DNA of 61,620 nt, the filler included, from Actinomycetota bacterium (GTDB taxonomy: Bacteria; Actinomycetota; CADDZG01; JAHWKV01; JAOPZY01): NCBI GenBank assembly GCA_025963875.1. It is 5 parts of 5 records of this genome, joined end to end, with 100 filler letters (N's around TTAATTAATTAA, not from the genome) between each part and the next. Parts side by side here need not be neighbours in the genome. Positions count along the whole stretch, not along the records: positions 8,765 to 36,572 come from JAOPZY010000218.1; 4 more parts are not named here. One strand, written 5' to 3'. Below the pieces are notes generated by a model. The model searched no databases, was not told where the DNA came from, and saw only the letters and a list, made by a program, of their open reading frames with translations. The stretch's first letter is position 1. Every line of letters begins with the position of its first letter. The position numbers were made by a program, and so were the translations under genes. Positions 25,506-35,137 of the stretch are shown here, one piece after another.

Positions 25506-26498
25506 ATGACACCCACGACGCAGACCATGGAAGAGGCGATCCGGGACGAGGTGGCTTCAGAGACCAAGACCCCCACCTCCCTCCCGCCCAACATCTTCGA
25601 GACGCCGGGGCCCGTCAAGCTGCAACGGCGGCTGACCCTGGTGATCACCCTCACGCCGTTCGTGGGCTTTCTCGTAGCGATGCGGCTGCTCTGGGGGGGC
25701 ATCTCCGCCCTCGACCTCAGCCTGCTCATCGGCCTGTACAGCATCTCCATCCTCGGCGTCACCGTCGGGTACCACCGGATGCTCACCCATGGAGGATTCG
25801 ACGCCCCCACCTGGGTGCGGGTCGCGTTCTCCGTCGCCGGGTCCCTCGCGGTCGAGGGTTCGGTCATCCGCTGGGTCGCCGATCACCGGCGCCACCACAT
25901 GTTCACGGACCGTCCCGGCGACCCGCACTCCCCGCACCTCTCGGAGGGGGAGGGCCTGAAGGGCATCCTGGCCGGCCTGTGGCACGCCCACATCGGTTGG
26001 TTCTTCGTCGAGGACACCACCAGCGTCGCCCGCTTCGCTCCGGACCTCCTGCGGGACCGACCGATCCGGGTCGTCAGCGGCCTGTTCCCGCTGTGGACCG
26101 TCGCGGCCTTCGGGCTCGCTCCGGCCATCGCCTTCGCCATCACCCATTCCTTCCACGCCGCCTTCACGGCGCTGGTGTGGGGAAGCCTCGTGCGGATCTT
26201 CCTGCTCCACCACGTCACCTGGAGCATCAACTCGATCTGCCACTACTACGGCAGACGGCCGTACGACACCGGCGACATGAGCACCAACAACTGGCTGATG
26301 TCGCTCGTGTCCTTTGGTGAGGGCTGGCACAACAATCACCACGCCTTCCCGAGCTCCGCGATGCACGGACTGGAGTGGTGGCAGATCGACATCACCGGCA
26401 TGGTCATCCGTGGGATGCGCAAGGTCGGCATGGTCCGCAACGTCCGGGTGCCGACCGCGAAGCAGCTGGCACTCAAGACCGCTACGAACGGGGACTGA
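25506..26498 (+). CDS. Membrane fatty acyl desaturase (delta-9 type)
   Basis: His boxes HRMLTH, HRRHH, HNNHH; GEGWHNNHHAFP. Confidence 0.92.
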   Translation: MTPTTQTMEEAIRDEVASETKTPTSLPPNIFETPGPVKLQRRLTLVITLTPFVGFLVAMRLLWGGISALDLSLLIGLYSISILGVTVGYHRMLTHGGFDAPTWVRVAFSVAGSLAVEGSVIRWVADHRRHHMFTDRPGDPHSPHLSEGEGLKGILAGLWHAHIGWFFVEDTTSVARFAPDLLRDRPIRVVSGLFPLWTVAAFGLAPAIAFAITHSFHAAFTALVWGSLVRIFLLHHVTWSINSICHYYGRRPYDTGDMSTNNWLMSLVSFGEGWHNNHHAFPSSAMHGLEWWQIDITGMVIRGMRKVGMVRNVRVPTAKQLALKTATNGD

Positions 26499-26502
26499 CC
26501 GC

Positions 26503-27546
26503 TCAGCGCGTCGGCGGGCCTTTGCGCATCAGCAGCGCCAGCAGCTCCGCCTGGGAGTGCACGCCGACCTTCCGGTAGATGGCCGCGAGGTGGTTGCGCA
26601 CCGTGCTGCCCGAGATCCCGAGGCCGCGCGCGATGGTCGGGACCCGCTCGCCGGCCGCGAGTCGCCGCGTGATCTCGAGCTGGCGGACACTGAGCGCCCT
26701 CGGGGCGGGATGCATGAAGGAGTACCGTCCCTCTTCGGCCCGCGCCGCATGCCCCTCCATGGAGATCGCCCACAACTGACGCCCAAGACGGGCCGCATCG
26801 ATGCCGGATATCTGCCCCTGACCGTCTGTCGAGAAGACCCAGAGGGCCACCACGAACCGGGGGGGGTTGTGCTCGCAAAGCGGGCTTGCCGCGAAGCCCA
26901 GGGTCTTGAAGCCCCCATCCCCGTTTCGGATCCGTAGGGGGGCGGCGACCCCGCCTGTCTCCGCGCTGGCGCGGCCCAAGACGAGCAGCATGGTGGGAAT
27001 GTCGTCAGGGTGGACGCGTGCCTGTATGGGGGTCCCCAGGAGCTCGGATCTTCGCCAGCCGAGGAGGATCTCGGCGTTGAGGGCGATCTCCTCCATCCGC
27101 CAGTGATGATCCAGCCCGACGTGCGTCATGGCGACGTCACCCGGCACGAAGGCCTCCTCACCCGGCAGCGGCACCAATCGCGGCACTGCCCCGCTGGTGG
27201 CCACGCCATAGAGAGCCAGCCTGCCGGGCGCGGCTTCGGCGAGGGGCTGGATCCACCACGCCACCTCGACGTCGTGAGGCGGGCGGCCCCAGGTCCCCCG
27301 ACACAGGGAGAGGGAGACAAAGCCCGACGTCATGCCCTTGAACACGCCGGTCACGGCGTCCAGCTCCGAGGCTGGCATGAACGACAGCAGGCTCATGCCC
27401 GCGACCCTTGACAAAGAAACACCCACGAGCTCGGCGAAGGCTGCGTTGGCGGCCTCGACCCGAAGGGAGGCGCCATCGACGATCGCCAGCGGAGCCGAGG
27501 CTCGATCGAGAGCCATGGCAATGTCCGTAGGGCGGGGCGGTGACAT
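26503..27546 (-). CDS. PAS-PAS-LuxR transcriptional regulator (start uncertain)
   Basis: ANAAFAELVG and VHPDD PAS motifs; LSVRQLEI...TVRNHLAAIYRKVGV HTH. Confidence 0.8.
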   Translation of the reverse strand: MSPPRPTDIAMALDRASAPLAIVDGASLRVEAANAAFAELVGVSLSRVAGMSLLSFMPASELDAVTGVFKGMTSGFVSLSLCRGTWGRPPHDVEVAWWIQPLAEAAPGRLALYGVATSGAVPRLVPLPGEEAFVPGDVAMTHVGLDHHWRMEEIALNAEILLGWRRSELLGTPIQARVHPDDIPTMLLVLGRASAETGGVAAPLRIRNGDGGFKTLGFAASPLCEHNPPRFVVALWVFSTDGQGQISGIDAARLGRQLWAISMEGHAARAEEGRYSFMHPAPRALSVRQLEITRRLAAGERVPTIARGLGISGSTVRNHLAAIYRKVGVHSQAELLALLMRKGPPTR

Positions 27547-27707
27547 GATCCCACTCTCGTCCAGACTCTGGTTCAGGTCATGGGTGGATCGGGTGAACCC
27601 GCAACCCCCGAATGGGCGAATTCCGAGCCACCGATCGGAGGCACCACCGTACGATCGGGTGGCCTCCCGCCGGTCTGGCCCAGGCGGCAGGCATAGCATC
27701 TAGTCTC

Positions 27708-28934
27708 GTGCGCATCGACCGGTCCGGAGAGGAGCTCGAATCGCTCCACGCGATCTCGGTCGAGATCGCATCCCTTCGCGAGCTCGAGAAGATCTACCAG
27801 CGGGCCCTCGCGTACTGCCTGGCCCTGACGGACTCCGAAGTCGGCTTCATCGGCCTCCTCAGCGACCCTCCCGACTACCTCGACCTGGTCGCCGTCGATG
27901 GGTTGTTCCTGTTCGACCTGGCCTTCTACCAGCAGTTCAGGAGGATGCCGGTGCGGTCCAGCGTCTTCGGCGTCACCCTCGTCGAGGAGCGGCCGTACAT
28001 CTCCAACGACGTCGACCACGATCCCCACCGGGTCGGACGGCCGGACGGCCACCCGCCGATCACCACCTTTCTCGGCGCCCCACTCAACGTCGGGGCCACC
28101 GTGATCGGCATGGTCGGCGTTGCGAACCGGACTGGAGGCTACGACGCCGGCCACGAGCGCCTGCTGTCCACGTTCGCCAACCAGGTGGCCGTCGCCATCG
28201 ACAACGCCAAGCTCTACGAGCGGCAACGCGAGATGATCGCCGGGCTGCAACAACTCCACGCCCGCCTGGACGGGGCGGAGCGCGACCAGCTCCTCGCCCG
28301 CGACCGTGAACGCATCGCAGCCGGCTTGCACGACGACATAGCGCAGAGCCTCTTCACGATCGGCGTCCGCCTCGGTGCGCTCCTCGAAGGCGATCTCGAC
28401 CCCCGGCTCGCCGAGCAGATCCGGGCCGTCCACCATCTGGCGAGCATCACCAACGACAAGGTGAGGGAGGTTGTCTTCGCGCTGGCGGCACCTGGTCAGC
28501 AGGGAACGGACCTAACCTCCTCGCTCCGTTCCCTCCTCAACGAGACGGCGCAGGCGACCGGCCTCGAAACGGATCTCGTCGTCACCGGGAGCCCAATACC
28601 TGGCGCATCCCGGCTCCAGGACGTACTGCGCGCCGTCGTCAAGGAGGCGCTCGCCAACGTGGTCCGGCACGCCCGGGCAAGGGTGGTACTCGTGAGCGTC
28701 CGCTACGGGACCGACCGGGTCGACCTGGTGGTCCAGGACGACGGCGTCGGGGCTCCCGAACTTGTCCTGCGCCGGTTCCCCGAAAGCCTGATCCACTTCG
28801 GTCTCCGCCACATGCGGGAGTCCGTCATCGGCCTTGGCGGCAGCTTCGAGGTGGCCAACGGCGACGAGGGAGGCTTGACCGTGCGGGTGAGCCTCCCGCT
28901 GCGCCGGCTCGGAGCGCTGGCGGAATGGGGGTAA
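27708..28934 (+). CDS. Cytoplasmic GAF sensor histidine kinase (HisKA_3)
   Basis: GHPPITTFLGAPL (GAF); RERIAAGLHDDIAQ; EALANVVRHA; DDGVG. Likely GTG start 27708. Confidence 0.88.
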   Translation: MRIDRSGEELESLHAISVEIASLRELEKIYQRALAYCLALTDSEVGFIGLLSDPPDYLDLVAVDGLFLFDLAFYQQFRRMPVRSSVFGVTLVEERPYISNDVDHDPHRVGRPDGHPPITTFLGAPLNVGATVIGMVGVANRTGGYDAGHERLLSTFANQVAVAIDNAKLYERQREMIAGLQQLHARLDGAERDQLLARDRERIAAGLHDDIAQSLFTIGVRLGALLEGDLDPRLAEQIRAVHHLASITNDKVREVVFALAAPGQQGTDLTSSLRSLLNETAQATGLETDLVVTGSPIPGASRLQDVLRAVVKEALANVVRHARARVVLVSVRYGTDRVDLVVQDDGVGAPELVLRRFPESLIHFGLRHMRESVIGLGGSFEVANGDEGGLTVRVSLPLRRLGALAEWG

Positions 28935-29569
28935 TCCGGCTCGTGATCGTCGACGACCACGAGATGGTCCGGGAGGGCCTGCGGGCCATCCTCGGCGGCG
29001 ATCCCGACTTTGAGATCGTCGGCGAAAGCGGCTCGGCCGACTCTCTGGCCCAGCTCGTGGAGCGCAGCCACCCCGACATCGTGCTGCTCGACGCTCGCCT
29101 CCCAGGGGTCAGCGGGCCGGAGGCGTGCCGGCGGCTGTCCGAGACCCATCCGGACGTGCGGGTCATCATTGTCACCACGTACTCGGATGAGGGGCTCGTC
29201 GACGAGTCCATCTCGGCCGGGGCAAAGGGGTTCGTCGTCAAGGACATCGAGCGCTTCGCCCTCAAGCACGCCATCCGCGCGGTGCATCGGGGTGAGGGCT
29301 TCATCGCCCCGTCGGTGACCGGGAGAATCCTCGACCGCATGCGCTCCCACAAGGCCCTCTCCGGAGAGCGCCCGCTCTTGGGCGACAGCCAGCTCGAGAT
29401 CCTCCGGCTCGTCGCCGAGGGGTTCTCGAACAAGGAGATCGCCGCCAGGGTCCATCTCAGTGAGAACACGGTGAAGTCCCACCTTCAGGAGATCTTTCAG
29501 CGGCTCCAGGTCCGAAACCGAGTGGAAGCCGCACTGAGGGCCATCCGGGAGGGCCTGGTCGAGAAGTAG
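28925..29569 (+). CDS. NarL/LuxR-family response regulator
   Basis: IVDDHEMVREGL, LLD, SNKEIAARVHLSENTVKSH; overlaps the kinase stop. Confidence 0.92.
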   Translation: MGVIRLVIVDDHEMVREGLRAILGGDPDFEIVGESGSADSLAQLVERSHPDIVLLDARLPGVSGPEACRRLSETHPDVRVIIVTTYSDEGLVDESISAGAKGFVVKDIERFALKHAIRAVHRGEGFIAPSVTGRILDRMRSHKALSGERPLLGDSQLEILRLVAEGFSNKEIAARVHLSENTVKSHLQEIFQRLQVRNRVEAALRAIREGLVEK

Positions 29570-29758
29570 TCGCCCTAGGTGGCGAGCCAGCCAGGGTCAC
29601 GCAGCAGGGCGGCGAGGAAGTCCGCCAAGAAAACCGTGTCACACGCGGGAAAGTTTGCGGACTTCTGCCTTTATCTCCCGCCGCCGCGGTTGGAAGAGAA
29701 ACATAGGATTCCAGCGCGCGCAGGCGCGCGATCCGTTCCTAAGTTTGGGGCTGCCTGG

Positions 29759-30427
29759 CTACGTGGCGAGCCAGCCCGGCCGCACCAGGCCCGACTCGTA
29801 CGCGATCACCACCAGCTGCGCACGGTCCCGGGCCTGCAGCTTGGTCATCGAGCGGCTCACGTGCGTCTTCACCGTGGCGGCGCTGACGAAGAGGCGCTCG
29901 GCGATCTCGGCGTTGGAGAGGCCCTCGGCAACCAGGGCGGTCACCTCCCGCTCCCGGTCGGTCAGGAATGCGAGCTCGGCCACGGGCCGGGGTTCCTTGG
30001 AACGGGCGACGAACTCCTCGATGAGCCGCCGCGTGACGCTTGGTGCGAGCAGCGCATCGCCGCCGGCCACGGCCCGCACGCCGCGGACCAGCTCAGCCGG
30101 CTCGATGTCCTTGACGAGGAACCCGCTCGCGCCGAAGCGCAATGCCTCGAAGACGTACTCGTCGAGCTGGAAGGTCGTGAGGACCACGACCCGGACGCCG
30201 CCCAGCGAGGCGTCGGCCGTGATCTCCCGGGTGGCCGTCAGCCCGTCGGTGCCGGGCATCCGGATGTCCATCAGCACGACGTCGGGCAGAAGCCGCCGTG
30301 CAAGCCGCACGGCCTCGGCCCCGTCGGCCGCCTCCCCGACGACCTCGACACCCTCCTCGGCATCCAGCAGTGCACGGAAGCCTCCCCGCACCAGGGCCTG
30401 GTCGTCGGCGAGCAGCACGCGGATCAC
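29759..30427 (-). CDS. NarL/LuxR-family response regulator
   Basis: GTG start; LLADDQALVR, LMDIRMP, SNAEIAERLFVSAATVKTH. Confidence 0.92.
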   Translation of the reverse strand: MIRVLLADDQALVRGGFRALLDAEEGVEVVGEAADGAEAVRLARRLLPDVVLMDIRMPGTDGLTATREITADASLGGVRVVVLTTFQLDEYVFEALRFGASGFLVKDIEPAELVRGVRAVAGGDALLAPSVTRRLIEEFVARSKEPRPVAELAFLTDREREVTALVAEGLSNAEIAERLFVSAATVKTHVSRSMTKLQARDRAQLVVIAYESGLVRPGWLAT

Positions 30428-31605
30428 TGCTCGGCCTCCACGTTCGTTCGGAGCGGGAGGGGCAGCCGCGCGGCCACCTGGAACCCGCCCCCGGGCCGGG
30501 CACCGGTGTGCAGCTCGCCGCCGAGCGCAGCCAGGCGCTCGCGCATGCCGCCGATGCCACTGCCGCCGCCTGCCGGCTCGCCCACCGCAGGCCCCCGGCC
30601 GTCGTCCTCGACCCTCAGGCGGAGATCGCCGGGGGCATAGGTCACCCGGATCCACACCGTGGTCGCCCCGGCATGGCGGATCACGTTGGTCAACGCCTCC
30701 TGGGCGATGCGGTAGGCGGCGACGTCGAGCGGTGCGGGCAGGGCAACCGGAACCCCCTCCGTCTCGACCCGGACGTCGAGACCGGCGGCCCGGGCGCCGG
30801 CGACGAGGTCGGGGAGCTGGCCGAGCCCCGGCGCCGGCCCCCGCGGTGCGTCGCCGGTCTGGCGCAGCACGTCGAGGGCCGACCGCAGCTCCCCCAACGC
30901 CTCCCGGCTCGCGTCCTTGATGGCCGCAAGCGCGTTGCGGGCCTGCTCCGGCAGCTCGCCGTTGACGTGCAGGGCCACGCCCGCCTGGACGTTGATGAGG
31001 GAGATGTTGTGGGCCAGGACGTCGTGCAGCTCCCTGGCGATGCGCAGCCGCTCGTCGCTCGCCTGGAGCTTCGACTCCTCCTCCCGCAGCCGCGCCGCCT
31101 CGGCGGCCCGGAGACGCCGGATCCTGACCCCCTCGCCCACGCCGAACACCACGAGCAGCCATGCCGCGAGGGCGGACATCGTGCCGAGGGAGGGCGCCGG
31201 CCCGCGGTCGAGGAGGTAATCCAGCCACGGGAAGACCAGGAACCCGCCGGCGGCGGCAAGGGCACCCGCAAGCCGGTGGCCCCGTGCGACCGCGGTGTAG
31301 TAGGCGATGACGAGGCCAATCCAGATCGGCCCCCACGGGTAGCCGATCAGGAAGTAGACGAGCGTCAGCGCCCACACCGCGCCCAGCACGGCCACGGGGT
31401 GGCGGCGGCGCAGGGACAGCGTTGCCGCGACGGCCGCGAGCACGACGACCGCGGCCGCGTCGGGGTGGCGCATGAGGCGCTCGGGCTGGTGATGGGCGGC
31501 GCCGTAGGTCCCCGCGATGAGGAAGGCGCCGAGGGCGACCGTGATGGCGATGTCGCGCGGCCACGACCAACGCGACGAGCTCCGGGGAACCGCGACGGCA
31601 CTCAC
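30424..31605 (-). CDS. Membrane sensor histidine kinase (HisKA_3)
   Basis: Several TM segments; ERLRIARELHDVLAH; QEALTNVIRHA; GIGGMRER. Confidence 0.9.
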   Translation of the reverse strand: MSAVAVPRSSSRWSWPRDIAITVALGAFLIAGTYGAAHHQPERLMRHPDAAAVVVLAAVAATLSLRRRHPVAVLGAVWALTLVYFLIGYPWGPIWIGLVIAYYTAVARGHRLAGALAAAGGFLVFPWLDYLLDRGPAPSLGTMSALAAWLLVVFGVGEGVRIRRLRAAEAARLREEESKLQASDERLRIARELHDVLAHNISLINVQAGVALHVNGELPEQARNALAAIKDASREALGELRSALDVLRQTGDAPRGPAPGLGQLPDLVAGARAAGLDVRVETEGVPVALPAPLDVAAYRIAQEALTNVIRHAGATTVWIRVTYAPGDLRLRVEDDGRGPAVGEPAGGGSGIGGMRERLAALGGELHTGARPGGGFQVAARLPLPLRTNVEAEQ

Positions 31606-31662
31606 CTCACGAGGGTAGGGCACCGCACGCTTGTCGTCATCGGTCCCTGGGTGGAGACACCC

Positions 31663-31680
31663 GTACATCCAGGGGGGTAC
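31663..31680. promoter_or_regulatory. Candidate response-regulator operator in the divergent promoter
   Basis: Imperfect palindrome GTACATCC-AG-GGGGGTAC between the two-component system and the ABC exporter. Confidence 0.4.
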
Positions 31681-31803
31681 GCCCCGCAGGCCCGGTGGAC
31701 ACCCCACCGTAGGGCGAAATAGCCGGGCGAGTGACGACCGCGGCGCGCACCGAGCCCAGCATATGAGGCACCTGAGCCGCAACCCCAACCCAGAGGAGGC
31801 CAC

Positions 31804-32544
31804 ATGCAGACCACACTCACGAAGGCAGCGGCACGAGCCATCAACGCCACCAAGATCTACGGCTCCGCCGAAACGGCGGTGCGAGCGCTCGACGAGGTCA
31901 GCGTCGGGTTCCCCCAGGGCCAGTTCACGGCCATCATGGGCCCGTCGGGGTCCGGCAAGTCCACGCTCATGCACTGCCTTGCCGGTCTTGACCAGGTCTC
32001 CTCGGGCGAGGTCTTCCTCGGCGACGTGGAGCTGGGATCCCTGTCGGACACCGAACTGACGCTGCTGCGGCGCGAGCAGGTCGGCTTCATCTTCCAGTCC
32101 TTCAACCTCCTGCCCACGCTGAGCGCGGCGGAGAACATCTCCCTGCCGCTGCTGCTCGCCGGCAAGCGGCCCGACAGGGACTGGCTCGACACCGTGATCG
32201 CCGAGGTCCGCCTCGGGGACCGCCTGGCGCACAAGCCCTCCGAGCTCTCCGGAGGCCAGCAGCAGCGGGTCGCCGTCGCCCGGGCCCTCGTGACCCGCCC
32301 GCAGATCATCTTCGCCGATGAGCCCACCGGCAACCTCGACTCCCGTTCCAGCGCCGAGCTGCTCGGTTTCCTGCGGCGGGCGGTGACGTCCTTCGGCCAG
32401 ACGATCGTGATGGTCACCCACGACCCCGGAGCGGCAGCGGCGGCGGACTCGGTGCTGTTCCTGTCCGACGGACGGATCGTCGGGGAACTCCGGGAGCCCA
32501 CCGCCGAGGCAATCCTCGACCGGCTCAAGGCCATCGGCGAATAA
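31804..32544 (+). CDS. ABC transporter ATP-binding protein (MacB/LolD-like)
   Basis: GPSGSGKST, LSGGQQQR, ADEPTGNLD, VTHD; RBS GAGGAGG. Confidence 0.95.
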   Translation: MQTTLTKAAARAINATKIYGSAETAVRALDEVSVGFPQGQFTAIMGPSGSGKSTLMHCLAGLDQVSSGEVFLGDVELGSLSDTELTLLRREQVGFIFQSFNLLPTLSAAENISLPLLLAGKRPDRDWLDTVIAEVRLGDRLAHKPSELSGGQQQRVAVARALVTRPQIIFADEPTGNLDSRSSAELLGFLRRAVTSFGQTIVMVTHDPGAAAAADSVLFLSDGRIVGELREPTAEAILDRLKAIGE

Positions 32545-32584
32545 ACACGCGTAGCGATGACGTACCGATGAAAGGGGAGGCATC

Positions 32585-35137
32585 ATGTTGACGGTCACGT
32601 TCAAGGGTCTGTGGGCACACAAGCGGCGCCTGGTCGGCATGCTGATGGCGGTGGTCCTCGGGGTCGGCTTCCTCGCGGGAGCGCTCGCCCTCGGCGACAC
32701 GCTCAGCTCCAACTTCGACAAGCTGTTCGCCTCGGCGAACGCCGGCACCGACGCCGTCGTCCGCAGCGCCACCACCGTGGGCACCGGCGTAGGGGCGCAA
32801 CGGCCCGCCGTCGATGTCTCCCTCGCCGCCACGATACGGGCCGTGCCCGGCGTGGCCGCCGCCGAGCCGTCGATCACCGGCTTCGGAGAGATCATCGGCT
32901 CCGACGGAGCGGCGATCGGCGGCAACGGGCCACCCCGCCTCGCCAGCTACTGGCTCCCCGACCCCGTCCTCAACCCCTACAAGCTCGCCCAGGGCAGAGC
33001 CCCGGCCACCCCAGACGAGATCGTGGTCAACCGCGGCGCGGCCACTGCGGGCAAGCTCCGGCTCGGCCAGACCGTGACGGTCCTGATGCCCACCCCGGTC
33101 CGGGTGCGGATCGTGGGCATCGCGACCTTCGCCGGCACCGACGGCCTCGGCACAGCCACCCTCGCCGCCTTCAACCTCGCCGGGGCGGAGCGCAACATCC
33201 TTGGCATCACCGGCGACGCTGCCCAGGCCTCGAGCATCGTGGTCCGCGCGCAGCCCGGCGTCAGCCAGGCGGAGCTCACCTCGCGCATCCAGAGGGTCCT
33301 GCCCGCGAATGTCGACGCGCTGACCGGCGTCGCCGCCACCCAGCAGGCCGTCTCCGACGTCAGCGGCACCTTCCTCACGGCGCTGCGCACCGTCCTCGTG
33401 GTCTTCGCCGGCATCGCCCTGCTCGTCGCCACGCTGTCCATCGCCAACACCTTCGCCATCCTCGTCGCCCAGCGCAGCCGCGAGTCGGCCCTGCTGCGCG
33501 CGCTCGGGGGGACCCGCCGCCAGCTCCTGGGCTCGGTGGTCGTGGAGGCCCTCTGCATCGGCGCACTCGCCTCGGGTCTGGGACTGCTCGCCGGTCTCGG
33601 GATCGCAGGGCTGCTGAAGGGCCTCTTCGACAGCTTCGGCTTCGCCCTCCCGGCCGGGGGCCTGGTGGTGTCCGGCACCTCGATCGTCGTCTCCGTCCTC
33701 GCCGGCATGGTCGTGACCCTCGGCGCCGGCCTCCTGCCGGCCCTCCGTGCCTCCCGCATCCCACCGCTCGCAGCGTTCCGGGGAGCGGCGGCGGAGCCAG
33801 CGAGGCCGTCCCTCCTCCATGCGATCGTCGGTGGCGTGCTGGCCTCGGGGGGCGTGGCCCTCGTGGTCGCGGGCATCCAGGCCCCCACCAGCCAGGTGCT
33901 CTCCGTCGTGGGCATCGGCGCCCTGCTGACCACGGTTGGCGTGGTCGCCCTCGGCCCGGTCGTGGCGAAGTTCGTCACGGGGTTCATCGGCCGGCCTCTC
34001 GCGGCATGGCGGGGAACACCCGGTTTGCTCGCCAGGGGGAACGCCATGCGATCGCCCCGTCGAAGCGCCGCGGCAGCGACGGCGCTGATGGTGGGTGTCG
34101 CCATCGTGACCCTGTTCACGGTGTACGCCGCGTCGCTCAAGACCGCCAGCGACAACGGGGTGAAGGGGTCGTTCAACGGCGACATCGCCATCACGTCCGG
34201 CGGCTTCGGCCCGGGGACCCTGTCACCCGAACTGGCCACGGCGATCGGCGGCCTGCCCGGCGTCCGTACGGCAACTGGCATCTCGGCGGGGGAGGCGCTG
34301 ATCGCCGGGAAGGCCCAGCAGGTGAGCTCCGTCGACCCGGTGCACATCGGCGCCGTGCTCGACCTGCACCCGGCGGCCGGGTCCATCGCCGCCCTGAGCG
34401 ACAGCCAGATCGCCGTCTCCCAACACGAGGCGTCCAACCGGGGCTGGCAGCTCGGCACAGCCCTCCCCGCGACGATGCCCGACGGTGCCAGGATGCAGCT
34501 CTCCATCGGGGCCATCTACACCTCCCGGGACCTCACCGGCGACTACGTCGTGCCGCTCGCCCTCTGGGGTGCCCACAACCGACAAGGGGTCAACTCGGCG
34601 GTCTTCGTCAAGCTGGCGCCGGGCACCGACCTCGCGGCCGCCAAGGCGGCAGTCACCACCGCCAGCACCCCCTACGGCCAGCCGACGGTGAACGACCGTG
34701 CCGCTTTCATCGCCGCGGCCGGCCAGGGCGTGAACCTCGTCCTCGGCATCGTCTACGTGCTGCTGGCCCTGGCCATCCTCATCGCCGTGCTCGGTATCGC
34801 CAACACCCTCTCGCTCGCCATCCACGAGCGCACCCGGGAAGTCGGCCTGCTGCGGGCCGTCGGCCAGACCCGGCGCCAGCTCCGCTCGATGATCCGGCTG
34901 GAGTCGGTGATCCTGTCGGTGTTCAGCGTCGTCGGCGGCCTGACCCTGGGCACGTTCCTCGGATGGGGCCTCTCCCAGGCGACGAACGTGGCGCAGGGGT
35001 TCGCGACGTTCACCCTGCCCGTGACGCGCATCGCCCTGATCCTGGTGCTCGGAGCGCTGGCGGGCATCCTCGCCGCCGTGCGCCCCGCCCGGCGGGCGGC
35101 CCGCATGCCGGTGCTGACCGCGGTCGCTACGGAGTGA
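32585..35137 (+). CDS. FtsX-like ABC permease (two halves)
   Basis: IANTFAILVAQRSRESALLRALG and IANTLSLAIHERTREVGLLRAVG; many TM segments. Confidence 0.92.
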   Translation: MLTVTFKGLWAHKRRLVGMLMAVVLGVGFLAGALALGDTLSSNFDKLFASANAGTDAVVRSATTVGTGVGAQRPAVDVSLAATIRAVPGVAAAEPSITGFGEIIGSDGAAIGGNGPPRLASYWLPDPVLNPYKLAQGRAPATPDEIVVNRGAATAGKLRLGQTVTVLMPTPVRVRIVGIATFAGTDGLGTATLAAFNLAGAERNILGITGDAAQASSIVVRAQPGVSQAELTSRIQRVLPANVDALTGVAATQQAVSDVSGTFLTALRTVLVVFAGIALLVATLSIANTFAILVAQRSRESALLRALGGTRRQLLGSVVVEALCIGALASGLGLLAGLGIAGLLKGLFDSFGFALPAGGLVVSGTSIVVSVLAGMVVTLGAGLLPALRASRIPPLAAFRGAAAEPARPSLLHAIVGGVLASGGVALVVAGIQAPTSQVLSVVGIGALLTTVGVVALGPVVAKFVTGFIGRPLAAWRGTPGLLARGNAMRSPRRSAAAATALMVGVAIVTLFTVYAASLKTASDNGVKGSFNGDIAITSGGFGPGTLSPELATAIGGLPGVRTATGISAGEALIAGKAQQVSSVDPVHIGAVLDLHPAAGSIAALSDSQIAVSQHEASNRGWQLGTALPATMPDGARMQLSIGAIYTSRDLTGDYVVPLALWGAHNRQGVNSAVFVKLAPGTDLAAAKAAVTTASTPYGQPTVNDRAAFIAAAGQGVNLVLGIVYVLLALAILIAVLGIANTLSLAIHERTREVGLLRAVGQTRRQLRSMIRLESVILSVFSVVGGLTLGTFLGWGLSQATNVAQGFATFTLPVTRIALILVLGALAGILAAVRPARRAARMPVLTAVATE

